A DNA stretch of 64,000 bases from Alphaproteobacteria bacterium (GCA_017961285.1 JAGCXO010000013.1:8480-72479), one strand, 5' to 3'. Shown: positions 1 to 10,489, counted from the first letter of the stretch. The notes: generated by a model from the sequence alone, not told the origin. Made by a program: numbers and translations.

Positions 1-748
1 TTTCGGCGCGAGGGGTTTTGTCGACATAGCAATCAACAAGTTTGTCGGCGGCTGTCGGAGAGGTGAAAATATAGTCAATGCGCATACCAAAATCGGCCTG
101 AAAAGAGTTGCCGGTATAGTCCCAAAAAGTGTAGCCGCTTTCTTTGGGGCGGAGTGTGCGAAAGGCATCATAAAAACCGATAAAAGAGATTTGTTGCAGG
201 CGATTTTGCACCTCGGGGCGGCAGAGTGCGTTGCCTTCAAAAAGTTGATAATTGTAGACATCTTGTGTGGTCATAATGGTATTGAAATCGCCACCGATGA
301 TTGTTGGAATATCTGAGGAGGCCAGATTTTTCATGTGCGCTAAGAACGAATCCATCCAGCGCAGTTTGTAGTCAAATTTTGAGGTATCTGCCCAATTATT
401 ATAAGGAGGGTTGCCGTTGGGAAGATATATTGAAGCAATTTTATATTTTGTATTGTCTATGGTGGTGATTGCTTCTAAATATCGTGCTTGGTCATCTGAG
501 AAATAGGGGAGATTTTCGCCGGTAACTTCCAGTTTTCCGCGGCTGAGAATCGCCACACCGTTATAACTTTTTTGCCCCAGAATAATGCAGTTGTATCCCA
601 AGCTTTGCAGGTCAAAAAAAGGAAAATTGTTGAACTCGCATTTTATCTCTTGCAAGAGGACAATGTCAGGTTGGCAAAGCTTTAGCCAACGACAGAAAGA
701 TTCAAGATGGGCATTGACGGAGTTTATATTATAAGTGGCGATTTTCAT
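1..748 (-). CDS. xthA: Exodeoxyribonuclease III (AP endonuclease); C-terminus runs off the window edge
   Basis: The reverse-strand translation from the ATG at 748-746 reads MKIATYNINSVNAHLESFCRWLKLCQPDIVLLQEIKCE..., which matches the conserved N-terminus of the ExoIII/APE1 family. The frame stays open to position 1. The gene is absent from the ORF track because it has no in-window stop. Confidence 0.85.
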   Translation of the reverse strand, partial: MKIATYNINSVNAHLESFCRWLKLCQPDIVLLQEIKCEFNNFPFFDLQSLGYNCIILGQKSYNGVAILSRGKLEVTGENLPYFSDDQARYLEAITTIDNTKYKIASIYLPNGNPPYNNWADTSKFDYKLRWMDSFLAHMKNLASSDIPTIIGGDFNTIMTTQDVYNYQLFEGNALCRPEVQNRLQQISFIGFYDAFRTLRPKESGYTFWDYTGNSFQADFGMRIDYIFTSPTAADKLVDCYVDKTPRAE

Positions 749-833
749 TATTTTGACCTTTTACTATTTTTTTATAATTTATAATTACAATGCTTTTTAA
801 GTTTGTGCAAACTAAAAATTAGGAGATAGATTT

Positions 834-1793
834 ATGCTTGATAATTTTCCAGATAATTTTCGTCGTGATGATGAAGAAGTTTTTAATGAATTTAGGCAAA
901 AGCAGGTAAATTTCGATTTGGAAGAACAAAAGAACGAAGCTGACAGCTCGCGCAGTTTGTTTTTGGGGGCTTTGGCCGGACTGTTGATGGCCGGTGTTGT
1001 CGGTTGGTTTGTGCTGGCTCCGAAATATAAAGTTGATAATCCGGAGGAAGTGCCGGTGATTGCAAAGCCGCAAATGCCGGTGAAAATTCAGCCTTCGGAG
1101 CCGGGAAATATTGAGTTTGCCGCACAGGAGAGAACGGTTTATGATATTATTGAAAAGAAAGAACCTACCGAAGAAAACGGGGCTGTTTTGATTTCGGAAG
1201 AAGAGCCTAATGCTGATGCTATTGAAAAATTATCCGAAAATAATCAAGTTGAAGAAAATGCTGCAGATAATGTTGTGAGAGGCGGAGAATCGCTGGCTTA
1301 TCGCGGGCAGAATCTTTCTGTTCAGGAAGTGCTGATGTCACAGGTGGCAGCGGCTCAAGAAAAGGCAGGTGATGCAGCGCAGAAAGTTGAAGAGGAACTG
1401 CAGATTGTTGAGGAAAAAGCAGAAGAAGTTAAAGAAGAAAAAACAGAACAGGTAAAAGAAATTGCAAAAGCGCCGGTTTCGGATACGGTTATAACCTTGG
1501 AAACGGTTATGGCTTCTGAAAACAAAGTGAAATCTGATGTTGTCGATGGAAAATGGCAGGTGCAGTTGATGTCTTCGCCGAACAAGGCGGCGGTTGAAAA
1601 GTCGTGGACTGAGATGTCAAATAAGTATGCTTTGTTGAAAAATGTGTCGCACAATGTTGAAAGAGCAGATCTTGGTGCTAAAGGTATTTTTTATCGTTTG
1701 AAGGCCGGAAATTTTGCTACAAAAGATGATGCTTCTGCATTTTGTAACAAGCTCAAAGCTGTCGGCGGCAATTGTTTTGTTGCTCAAAAATAG
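834..1793 (+). CDS. SPOR-domain cell-division protein; N-terminal TM anchor, acidic low-complexity linker, C-terminal SPOR domain
   Basis: There is a TM segment LFLGALAGLLMAGVVGWFVL. The C-terminal ~75 aa (WQVQLMSSPNKAAVEKSW...YRLKAGNFATKDDASAFCNKLKAVGGNCFV) fits the SPOR peptidoglycan-binding fold pattern. Confidence 0.65.
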   Translation: MLDNFPDNFRRDDEEVFNEFRQKQVNFDLEEQKNEADSSRSLFLGALAGLLMAGVVGWFVLAPKYKVDNPEEVPVIAKPQMPVKIQPSEPGNIEFAAQERTVYDIIEKKEPTEENGAVLISEEEPNADAIEKLSENNQVEENAADNVVRGGESLAYRGQNLSVQEVLMSQVAAAQEKAGDAAQKVEEELQIVEEKAEEVKEEKTEQVKEIAKAPVSDTVITLETVMASENKVKSDVVDGKWQVQLMSSPNKAAVEKSWTEMSNKYALLKNVSHNVERADLGAKGIFYRLKAGNFATKDDASAFCNKLKAVGGNCFVAQK

Positions 1794-1802
1794 GGGATAG
1801 AA

Positions 1803-2846
1803 ATGTCTTTGCCGATTTTGGCATCAGTTTTTGGAACAGAGATAGGGAAAGAGGAGGCGGTTTTACTCAAAAAACTGTCTCCTCTTGGAATTTCACTTTT
1901 TGCAAGAAATGTTAAAGATAAAGATCAACTTAGAAATTTAGTTGCGCAAATTAAGGAGATTTTGGGAGAAAATGCTCTTGTTGCAATCGATCAAGAAGGA
2001 GGCAGAGTGCGGCGTTTGGCTGAGCCGAATTGGCAAGGCTATGCTTCGCAGTTTGTTTTGGGGCAGTTGCCGGTTGAGGTTTGTAAAATGCACGCGGCGC
2101 TGATTGCGCAAGATTTGAACGAGTTGGGAATTAATTTGAACTATGCTCCGGTGCTGGATAATCTTTATGAGCAAACTCATCCGGTGCTGAAATCCAGGTG
2201 CTTCGGAAATGATGTTTCCGAACGTGGAAGAGTGATGATTGAGACATATATTAAGAACGGAATTTGTCCTTGTATGAAACATATGCCGGGGCACGGAAGA
2301 GCAGAAAGCGACCCGCATTTGGGATTGCCGGTGATTTCGGTTGATGATTTTGAATTGGCAAAAGATATGGAGCCGTTTGCAAAAAATTCGGATTGTCCGG
2401 CGGGAATGACCGCGCATATTGTGGTGCCGCAAGTTGACAGTTTGCCAGTTACGATGAGCGCTAAGGCTATTGATGTTTTAATCAGGGGAAAAATTGGTTT
2501 TGACGGTTTGTTAATCAGTGATGCCGTTGATATGAAAGCCTTGCAGGGAAGTATCAGAGAGCGTGCTGAAAGAAGTTTGAGCGCAGGGTGTGATGTTGTG
2601 TGCTATTGCGGTGGTGATTTGAAGGAGCTGTCGGAACTGGCGGCAATAAAACGTAAGATCTCTGATAAAACAGAAGAAAGACTTGAGCGAATTTATAAAA
2701 TTGTTGCCGGGCAGCAAAAAAATATTGTCGAGTATGCCGATTATGCTCAAGCAGTTAGTGAAATTGAGCCGTATAAAGAAGAATATGATGCGACCGAAGT
2801 GTTGAATTTGATGAAGAAAAAGCAATCAAAGTTATTTGTTAGTTAA
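1803..2846 (+). CDS. nagZ: Beta-N-acetylhexosaminidase NagZ (GH3)
   Basis: The 347-aa product contains AIDQEGGRVRRL and a downstream KHMPGHG..D motif typical of NagZ. A Shine-Dalgarno-like AGGGGA lies 6 nt before the ATG. Confidence 0.85.
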   Translation: MSLPILASVFGTEIGKEEAVLLKKLSPLGISLFARNVKDKDQLRNLVAQIKEILGENALVAIDQEGGRVRRLAEPNWQGYASQFVLGQLPVEVCKMHAALIAQDLNELGINLNYAPVLDNLYEQTHPVLKSRCFGNDVSERGRVMIETYIKNGICPCMKHMPGHGRAESDPHLGLPVISVDDFELAKDMEPFAKNSDCPAGMTAHIVVPQVDSLPVTMSAKAIDVLIRGKIGFDGLLISDAVDMKALQGSIRERAERSLSAGCDVVCYCGGDLKELSELAAIKRKISDKTEERLERIYKIVAGQQKNIVEYADYAQAVSEIEPYKEEYDATEVLNLMKKKQSKLFVS

Positions 2847-4460
2847 AACTTCTATGTCATAAGGAAAATTGACATCAACACAGCAGTTTTCGTCGCTTTC
2901 AACCAGTGTGGTATAATCACGATGTTCTAAGAAAATTTCTCGCAAATTGGCATTTTCGGGAACGAGGTCGGCTTTTGAGTATAGGCTTCGGCTCCATAGA
3001 ATCGGGTTGTATTTTTGTGATTTGTAGGTGCTTATGCAAACTTGTTTGTCTTTTTCAAGAGAAAATGATCTTATCATTTTATTGATGTATTTTGCGCTGA
3101 TATAAGGCATATCTGCGGGAATTAGCAAAGCGCCTTTGCAAAAAGACGGAACCGAATTTAGTCCGAGCCTGATAGAGGTTTTGATGCCGGAAGCATAGTC
3201 GTTGTTTCTTAATATGTTAATATCAAGATCTTTTAGGTATTCTTCAATTTCTTCGGCATGATAGCCGGTGATGACATATACGGGAGAAGCTTTTGACCGA
3301 ATGGCTGCCCGAATAGATCTCATAAAAAGAGGCTCTCCTTTTATTTTTACCAGCAATTTGTTGCGTTTGGCTCTTATACTGCAACCGGCGGCCAAAATTA
3401 TGACGGCTATAGGTGCTTCTTTGTTTTTTCCACGGTTGTTTGGAGGAGATAACAGATCTTTTTGTTCATCTATGGAGAGGTGTTGGATGTTTAGAGGAAT
3501 GGTGTTCAGATATAGAAAATCATCAATTTTCAGGTTTGGTTGGGAGAGGGCAATCTTGATTGTTTGGTTGGCGATGGCTGATGTGTTTTTATCATAGTGA
3601 TATGGCAAGGCTATAATTTTGGTTTCTTTTTTGGTAGCGATCATCAGGTCCGAAAGGGTATCTTGCGGAATTCCGCGGCAAAGAATATTGTTGGATGTGA
3701 TAGATAGTGCGGTAGGTAAAGTATCGGTCGGACAGCTGCTGGGAAGGGCAGGAACGATAAAAACAAAAGGACTTTTTTTGGCGGCTTCCGAAATGCAGAC
3801 GGCAAGATCATTTTGTTGATGCAAACAATATAGTTTTTGTTCAAACTTAAAGTTAAATTCAGGAAAGATTTTTTGCAGATGCGCAATTGATGCAGATGCG
3901 TGCTTTTGTTCTATTTTATCTTGGCTGAATTGAGTGAAGATAAGGCTTGCTTTTATGTTTGAAGATGATTCTATTTTCAGCAGAGGCTCATTGCCGGAAA
4001 GGCGAAAGACAATGTCGTCTAAAAAAGTTTGTTCAACTATCGGACAACACAATTTTATGCTGCCAATTATGTCATTTTTTTTGACGGTTTTATATGGAGC
4101 AATGGTGTTAAGTATCAAATAAGGGGCAATATGATTAAATTTTGCAAGTCGTTGTTCACTGCAGATAAAAACACCGTCAACAGAGGCGACAATTTTGCAA
4201 GTGTTGGTTGTTTTTGATACGACATAACCTAAATTTTCTCCACAAATTTGCGGGGCAATCATACCGAGCGCAAGTGCAGATTTTATATCGCTGTTGCAGG
4301 CCCGAACACCGGTAATTTTTTTGATGCCGTAAGATTTTAGAAAAGAAATATCTTCACGGTTGAGTTTGTGCCCTTGCGGAAAAAAGCGATCTTCTATCCT
4401 GATGTCGTTGAGCAGGAGGATGCCATCTGCAGCTGAAAGTTCAAATTCGTTAATTTCCAT
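2832..4460 (-). CDS. Two-domain protein: molybdopterin-binding-like N-terminal region fused to a MobA/MocA-like nucleotidyltransferase domain
   Basis: The C-terminal half contains IAVIILAAGCSIRAKRNKLLVKIKGEPL, a MobA-like NTP-transferase glycine-rich loop. The N-terminal ~330 aa has no motif I can name confidently. The gene overlaps convergently with the nagZ 3' end by 15 bp. Confidence 0.5.
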   Translation of the reverse strand: MEINEFELSAADGILLLNDIRIEDRFFPQGHKLNREDISFLKSYGIKKITGVRACNSDIKSALALGMIAPQICGENLGYVVSKTTNTCKIVASVDGVFICSEQRLAKFNHIAPYLILNTIAPYKTVKKNDIIGSIKLCCPIVEQTFLDDIVFRLSGNEPLLKIESSSNIKASLIFTQFSQDKIEQKHASASIAHLQKIFPEFNFKFEQKLYCLHQQNDLAVCISEAAKKSPFVFIVPALPSSCPTDTLPTALSITSNNILCRGIPQDTLSDLMIATKKETKIIALPYHYDKNTSAIANQTIKIALSQPNLKIDDFLYLNTIPLNIQHLSIDEQKDLLSPPNNRGKNKEAPIAVIILAAGCSIRAKRNKLLVKIKGEPLFMRSIRAAIRSKASPVYVITGYHAEEIEEYLKDLDINILRNNDYASGIKTSIRLGLNSVPSFCKGALLIPADMPYISAKYINKMIRSFSLEKDKQVCISTYKSQKYNPILWSRSLYSKADLVPENANLREIFLEHRDYTTLVESDENCCVDVNFPYDIEVLTNK

Positions 4461-4629
4461 AAAATCTTCCTTGTGGATAAAGCATAGCGATATTTTAATA
4501 TAATGTGTGATTTTGTCAATTTAATTGTGCGTTTTGTAAAGCTTTTGGTTATAATTTATATCAACTATTTATTAATAAATTTGGGTTATTGTAGATAATA
4601 AGTATTAGTATTTTTGGAGGTTTCTTGAT

Positions 4630-7600
4630 ATGAAAAGTAGATTAACAATATTATTGCTGGCTTCTACATGTTTGGCAATGCCTGCTTTGGCGACAACATA
4701 TAATGATAAAGTGTTGAATGAAAATGAGACGTTGACGTTGAATAGCGGTGATACGGCGAATAATACTACGGCGCTGTATAAAGGAACTGTTACTGTTAAG
4801 AGCGGCGGTCAAGCAAATACAACCTATGTCGGTTATACAAGCAGTAATATTGCAGGCAATCCTGATGCAGGTTATGGCCCTATTACGGTTGGTTCTTCAA
4901 CAATGAATGTTGAAGCAGGCGGTGTTGCATCTAATACTTTTGTCGGAAACTCTTCGGTTATGAATGTAAGTGGTAATGCAAATGTGGTAAGTTTGCAGTG
5001 GTCAACAGGTTCTGCGAGCAGTGCTGCAAATGCTCCGAAGATTGTTATTTCTGACGATGGTGAAGTTACCAATCTTTCCGTAGCTGCAGCTCATGGTGTT
5101 GTTACTATGACAGATAATGCTTATGCCAGTAATGTGTTGTTGGCAGGAAGCTATGCTTCAATGACAATGGCTGATGGAACATCTGCTGAGGGAGTTAATG
5201 TCAGAGGGAATCGGGCAAGTTTGCAAGTTTCGGACGGAGCTATTATTGATGATTTGCTGGTTTCTGCGGCTTCTGCATATTCAGAAAGCGATAAATCTGT
5301 TGTAAATCTTTATGGTAGTGCTTTAAGTGTGGTTGTAGGCGGACAAGGTAGTATTGCTCAATACGGATGGGGATTGTTGAATGTTTATGACGGTGCAGAA
5401 GTTGCTGATTTGACAGTTTCAAGAAACGGCAGAGTTAATGTTGTCGGTGGTACTGACATTACGGACACAGTTATTGACAATGCCACTATTAACAGTTCGG
5501 GTGTTATGACCTTGGGCAGTGCAACTTTGAATAATGCTTTGCTATACGGAACAGGTGTGCTGAATGTTAATGCTTTTGGTTTGGTTGAAGAAGCTGTTTT
5601 GAATGATTCTTCTACTTTGCAAGTTAATGCTTCAGGAACACTCGGTTCTGCGACAATAAATGCTTCGGGAACTTTGCGAGTTAATACTTCAGGAACACTC
5701 GGTTTTGCGACAGTAAATGATTCGGGAACCTTGCAGGTTAACGGATATGCAACGGCATCTGATGTTACGGTAAATCAGGGCGGTTTGGTAAGGGCTAATA
5801 TGGGCAATGCGACTGTTAGCAGTTTGACGCTTAAAACCGGAGGTATGTTTGATATCAGCACGGATGCAGTTGTTAATATTACCAATGAAAGTGATTTTAA
5901 TCAGGGTTTGAGGACTGAAGAGATTGGTGGTATTGATCATGCCGATAACTGGACAATCAATGATGGAAGTACGTTGACGGTTGCAAATAACGGTTGGGCA
6001 GAAAATGCGGTTGTTCAAAACGGTGGTAGGATTGTTGCTAAAACTGATACTTCTACGGTAAAAGATATGACACAAGATATGGGTGGTATGTTTGATTTTA
6101 ATACCGGAGCTGATGTTAATGTTGTTCATGAGAGTGCTTTGAATGCCGATAAATTTATCGGTTTGGTCGGAGACCAGAGAAGGGCTGATGATTGGATAGT
6201 TAATGGCGGCAGTATTTTGACTGTTGATGCCGGTGATTTTGCGGATCATGCAACTGTTCAAGGCGGTGGTATGATTGTGGCCAAAGAGAATGTCAGCACG
6301 GTTACAAGTTCGACAATTGAACAACACGGAATGTTCCACTTTTCTACATGGGCAGATATAACAAATGTTAACTCCTGTGTCAGAGACCCGGCAAACTGTC
6401 AAATGCTTGAAGTCAGCGGCGGAGTTGCTGATGATTGGAATGTTAACTTGGGCAGTACGTTGGATATTAAGGCTGAGGGTACAGGCGATAACGACTATAT
6501 CTTCGGCGGAACGTTCTATGTAAGACAGGGCGGTGTATCTACGAATATGGAGATAGTCAGCGGTCTGGCTGTTATTGATGGTATTTCAACAAGCAATACA
6601 ATCAAATATGTTGCACCGACCAGTGGAACAAGCGAAAACCCGAGTGAAGGTGATTCTACCACGGTATATATAGGAAGATATACAAATTCAAATACCGGAG
6701 AGGCTTTGGCCTTGTATAATGATATTTCCGGCGGTTCGATTTATGTTGATAGTTATGGAACGTTGCAAAGCAATACAATCAGCGGAGGAATAATTTATGT
6801 CAATGTTGACGCTGGTAGTAACTCTAATGCTAACGTTAATGATTCGGTTATGAGCGGCGGAACGGTTTATGTTTATAACAGTGCTAATATTAATGATACG
6901 GAAATGAGCGGAGGTGCAATTTATGTTCAAAATGGAGGTAAGGCTAACAGAAGTGATATGACCGGCGGCACAATTCATGTGTATAGCGGCGGTAATGCCA
7001 ACACGACAAATATGTCCAACGGAACAATTTATGTTGATCGCAACGGCTCAATCGGTATTGCAAATGATCCCGAAAAGGGGACAACAATGTCGGGCGGAAC
7101 TGTTACCATGAAGGGAACTTCATATTATGCAGATGTAAGCGGTGGTAGTTTTGAGATTATCAGAAATACAATATATTCAAATTCTACTGCTGTGGCATAT
7201 AACAATACTGTTTCAGGCGGAGATTTTACGGTGGGCGATGGCGGAACGGCAAGCACCAATGTGATAACAGGAGGTACCGTAACTGTTAATAATCATGGTC
7301 AGTTGCTCTTTAGCAATTTGTCAGATGAGGCTAATGTTATAATCAATGGCGGCGGTGTTGCCTCAGATACGACAATGACCGGCGGTAGCTTTACAATTGC
7401 GGGAACAGCTACAAGTAATACAATTTCTGGCGGTGAAGTTGTGGTTAATGAAGATGGTTATTTTGCTCAGAACCATATTTCCGGTAGCGCAGATGTGAAA
7501 GTAAACAGTGGCGCTGTTGCTTCGGATACAACAATGACCGGCGGTAATTTTACTGTTGCGGGAACAGCTACGGATAACGTTGTTTCAGGTGGAACCGTTG

Positions 7601-10470
7601 TGGTGCAGAACGGCGGTGTTTTGGAGCATAATACATTGTCAAATGCCAGTGTTACCGTCAAAACTACGAGCACGATGAGTGATACAATTATGACAAGCGG
7701 TAATTTGATTGTTCAAGGAACTGCTATGGATAATATTATTTCGGGCGGAACCGTTACGGTGCAAAACGGCGGTGCTATGAACAGTAATACTTTGTCCAAT
7801 ACAAGTGTTACACTCAAGACAGCAAGCACAATGAATGATACAGATATGTCAAGCGGCGATTTTGTTGTTGAGGGAACGGCAACGGATAATATAATTTCGG
7901 GCGGAACCGTTACAGTGCAAAACGGCGGTGCTATGAACAGCAATACTTTATCTAATGCGAGTGTTACCGTTAAAATTGCGAGCACAATGAGCAATACAAT
8001 TATGACAAGCGGTGATTTGGTTGTTGAAGGAACGGCAACAGATAATATAATTTCTGGCGGAACAATTATGGTTCAGAATGGTGGTGTTATAAACAGCAGC
8101 ACTTTGTCGAACAATGTCAATTTGACGATCGGAGCAGGCAGCACTGCAAATTCAACGCAGATGAGCGGTGGTTTGTTGACTGTTTCGGGAACGGCTAATA
8201 CAACATCGTTGAGCGGAGGCAAGATTGTGGCAACCGAAAACGGTGCAAAAGTCAATGGTTTGACGATGACTAATAGTTCTGTATTTGATTTTTCAACAAA
8301 TGCAGAAGTTTCTAATGCAAATGTTTTGGGTACATCTCCAAGTATTGACAGTGGTCATAATGCTAAAAATTGGACAATCGGAAACGGTTCAATTTTGAGA
8401 GTTGAAGCAAACGGAACAGCCAGCAATACAACAGTTAATAACGGCGGTATTTTAAATAATGCCGGCAGTGCTGAGGATACGCTTGTGAAGGCAAACGGAC
8501 AAGTTAATAATTTGGCTGACGGAACTTTGACTAATTTGGTTGTCAATGCAAACGGTAAACTTGATGCAGTATCGGGCAGCAAGATTGATGGTGATGTCAC
8601 AATTTATAAAAATGCTGTTTTGAGCGGCGATTATGATTATTCCACAATATTCAAATCCGGAGATCTTACCGTTTCGACACTTAATATCGTTGATGGTATA
8701 AATACCGGATTTAATAACAGTTTGGTCAGTGCCGGCGGCGATCAAAATACTTTGAATTTGGCTACTGATGAATATCAAATCAGCGGTGCTGGCAATAACG
8801 GATATACTAAGGTTGCCGGTTGGAACAGAATTGTGATTGCATCAGACAGTATTGTTGATTTGGACGGTGATTTAACTTTGATTGGCAGCAATTCTTATAT
8901 CAGTTTGGGTGATGGAGATTTGCTCAATGTTAAAGATACTACCTCTCCTAATACTACGATTACGGGAAGTGTCAGAAACAGCGGTGTTATAAATCTTACA
9001 AAAGGTACTGCAGGATTGTCTGATATTCTCAACACTATGAGCTTGAGAAGTCGTCCTCATTCTTTGTCTGACGGTGATACAACAGATGATGTGTTGACTA
9101 TTACCGGTGATTATACGGCAGGAAGCAGTGCTTTCTTGCGTATGAATGTTAATACTGAAGATCACGTTGCCGATATGTTGAAGATTGGCGGTGATGTTTC
9201 GGGAACAACAAAGTTGATTTTGGATTTCTTGACACCGGGATCTTCTTCGGAGGACATTCCTTTGGTTGAAGCTTTGAATGATAATGTTTCTACGGCGGCA
9301 GACTTTACGGTATGGCGTGTATATGGAAGTGCTTATAATAATTGGGAAACAACAAGCAGGGATAATGTTTGGTATTTGGCGGCTAATGAAGAGGAACCAG
9401 AGCCTGAACCAGAGCCTGAACCTGAACCTGAACCGGAGCCTGAACCTGAACCGGAGCCGGAGCCGGAACCTGAGCCGGAACCGGAACCTGACTATCCGAA
9501 GAAGGTTGATCCAGAGATTATTGCTTATTATTCTTTGCCGACAGCCGGATTGGAGCAGACATCTTCAATATTCAACAATATTCGCGATAAAATTGCGGCC
9601 ACAAAAGTTGCTCGCGGACGCGATAGATATGGAAGATATGACGGTGGAGTTTGGGAAGACGGTATGAGATGCGGTGCCATGAATAATCTTTGGGTTCATG
9701 CAACTTATGATCGTGCTGATATTGAGGACTTTACTGATGTTGAGGCAACTATTTACGGTGCAGATTTCGGATATGATGCACAGACAGATTTGCACAATAA
9801 GCTTGGTATTTTCGGTTCTTATCGTGACGGTACATATGAAATGAACGGAAAAGGTAAGAAGTATTATTCTGATATTGAAAGTCAGATTGATATTACCAGT
9901 TATGATGTCGGTATATATTATCGCTATGATTATGATTATTATTGGTTGCAAGCTATTGCTTATGTCGGTAAGCAAGATGTTGATATTTCAACAGATGACG
10001 GTTTCTCTGCAAGCACAGAAGGATTTGAGTTTGGTGTGGGCGGTGAAGTCGGAAAAGCTTACAGACTTGTAAATGACTTTACATTAGAACCGAGTTTGGG
10101 TGTGTTCTATACGCAGATTTCTTATGATGATATTGATGATGAAATCGGCAGACATATTGAATATGACACCATTAATCGTTTGGAAATTGAGGCCGGTGCA
10201 AAGTTGGAAAAGACTTTCCGTGCACAAAGCGGATCATCCAAAGTTTATGTAAAGCCTAGCGTAATTGTTCAAAAGACTATGAACAGTTCGGTTATGATTA
10301 CTTCTCTTCCGGAAGAAGAAACTATCGAAGACAGAATCTTGGGTAAAATCCAAATTGGTGCTAAGATTGCTTTGAACAGATCTCTTTCCACTTATGGTCA
10401 TATTGATTATAAGTTTGCGGATGATTATAGTGCTTTGTCCGGAATTTTGGGCTTGAATTACGCATGGTAA
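4630..10470 (+). CDS. Large autotransporter (type Va) adhesin-like protein: signal peptide, beta-helical repetitive passenger, (PE)n linker, C-terminal beta-barrel translocator
   Basis: The 1946-aa product has a Sec signal MKSRLTILLLASTCLAMPALA. The passenger is Gly/Ser/Thr/Asn-rich with ~60-aa repeats of the form SGGTVTVQNGGAMNSNTLSN.SVTVK. An EPEPEP... tract follows. The last ~300 aa show alternating aromatic/hydrophobic beta-strand patterning and end in ...LNYAW, a terminal aromatic typical of autotransporter barrels. Confidence 0.85.
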   Translation: MKSRLTILLLASTCLAMPALATTYNDKVLNENETLTLNSGDTANNTTALYKGTVTVKSGGQANTTYVGYTSSNIAGNPDAGYGPITVGSSTMNVEAGGVASNTFVGNSSVMNVSGNANVVSLQWSTGSASSAANAPKIVISDDGEVTNLSVAAAHGVVTMTDNAYASNVLLAGSYASMTMADGTSAEGVNVRGNRASLQVSDGAIIDDLLVSAASAYSESDKSVVNLYGSALSVVVGGQGSIAQYGWGLLNVYDGAEVADLTVSRNGRVNVVGGTDITDTVIDNATINSSGVMTLGSATLNNALLYGTGVLNVNAFGLVEEAVLNDSSTLQVNASGTLGSATINASGTLRVNTSGTLGFATVNDSGTLQVNGYATASDVTVNQGGLVRANMGNATVSSLTLKTGGMFDISTDAVVNITNESDFNQGLRTEEIGGIDHADNWTINDGSTLTVANNGWAENAVVQNGGRIVAKTDTSTVKDMTQDMGGMFDFNTGADVNVVHESALNADKFIGLVGDQRRADDWIVNGGSILTVDAGDFADHATVQGGGMIVAKENVSTVTSSTIEQHGMFHFSTWADITNVNSCVRDPANCQMLEVSGGVADDWNVNLGSTLDIKAEGTGDNDYIFGGTFYVRQGGVSTNMEIVSGLAVIDGISTSNTIKYVAPTSGTSENPSEGDSTTVYIGRYTNSNTGEALALYNDISGGSIYVDSYGTLQSNTISGGIIYVNVDAGSNSNANVNDSVMSGGTVYVYNSANINDTEMSGGAIYVQNGGKANRSDMTGGTIHVYSGGNANTTNMSNGTIYVDRNGSIGIANDPEKGTTMSGGTVTMKGTSYYADVSGGSFEIIRNTIYSNSTAVAYNNTVSGGDFTVGDGGTASTNVITGGTVTVNNHGQLLFSNLSDEANVIINGGGVASDTTMTGGSFTIAGTATSNTISGGEVVVNEDGYFAQNHISGSADVKVNSGAVASDTTMTGGNFTVAGTATDNVVSGGTVVVQNGGVLEHNTLSNASVTVKTTSTMSDTIMTSGNLIVQGTAMDNIISGGTVTVQNGGAMNSNTLSNTSVTLKTASTMNDTDMSSGDFVVEGTATDNIISGGTVTVQNGGAMNSNTLSNASVTVKIASTMSNTIMTSGDLVVEGTATDNIISGGTIMVQNGGVINSSTLSNNVNLTIGAGSTANSTQMSGGLLTVSGTANTTSLSGGKIVATENGAKVNGLTMTNSSVFDFSTNAEVSNANVLGTSPSIDSGHNAKNWTIGNGSILRVEANGTASNTTVNNGGILNNAGSAEDTLVKANGQVNNLADGTLTNLVVNANGKLDAVSGSKIDGDVTIYKNAVLSGDYDYSTIFKSGDLTVSTLNIVDGINTGFNNSLVSAGGDQNTLNLATDEYQISGAGNNGYTKVAGWNRIVIASDSIVDLDGDLTLIGSNSYISLGDGDLLNVKDTTSPNTTITGSVRNSGVINLTKGTAGLSDILNTMSLRSRPHSLSDGDTTDDVLTITGDYTAGSSAFLRMNVNTEDHVADMLKIGGDVSGTTKLILDFLTPGSSSEDIPLVEALNDNVSTAADFTVWRVYGSAYNNWETTSRDNVWYLAANEEEPEPEPEPEPEPEPEPEPEPEPEPEPEPEPEPDYPKKVDPEIIAYYSLPTAGLEQTSSIFNNIRDKIAATKVARGRDRYGRYDGGVWEDGMRCGAMNNLWVHATYDRADIEDFTDVEATIYGADFGYDAQTDLHNKLGIFGSYRDGTYEMNGKGKKYYSDIESQIDITSYDVGIYYRYDYDYYWLQAIAYVGKQDVDISTDDGFSASTEGFEFGVGGEVGKAYRLVNDFTLEPSLGVFYTQISYDDIDDEIGRHIEYDTINRLEIEAGAKLEKTFRAQSGSSKVYVKPSVIVQKTMNSSVMITSLPEEETIEDRILGKIQIGAKIALNRSLSTYGHIDYKFADDYSALSGILGLNYAW

Positions 10471-10489
10471 TTTGAGTTAAGAGACAAGA

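Noticed and set aside
4514-4555. Sigma70-like promoter upstream of the autotransporter (TTGTCA / TTGTAA / TATAAT hexamers)
   Set aside because: Spacer lengths between the candidate -35 boxes and the TATAAT at 4550-4555 are 9 or 19-30 bp. None is in the 16-18 bp optimum, and I cannot verify a promoter without a TSS.
6688-8778. Multiple minus-strand ORFs (60-237 aa) inside the autotransporter gene
   Set aside because: They are antisense to a long, well-supported CDS and lie within its repetitive region. Repeats propagate open antisense frames. There are no RBS sites and no signal or domain features.
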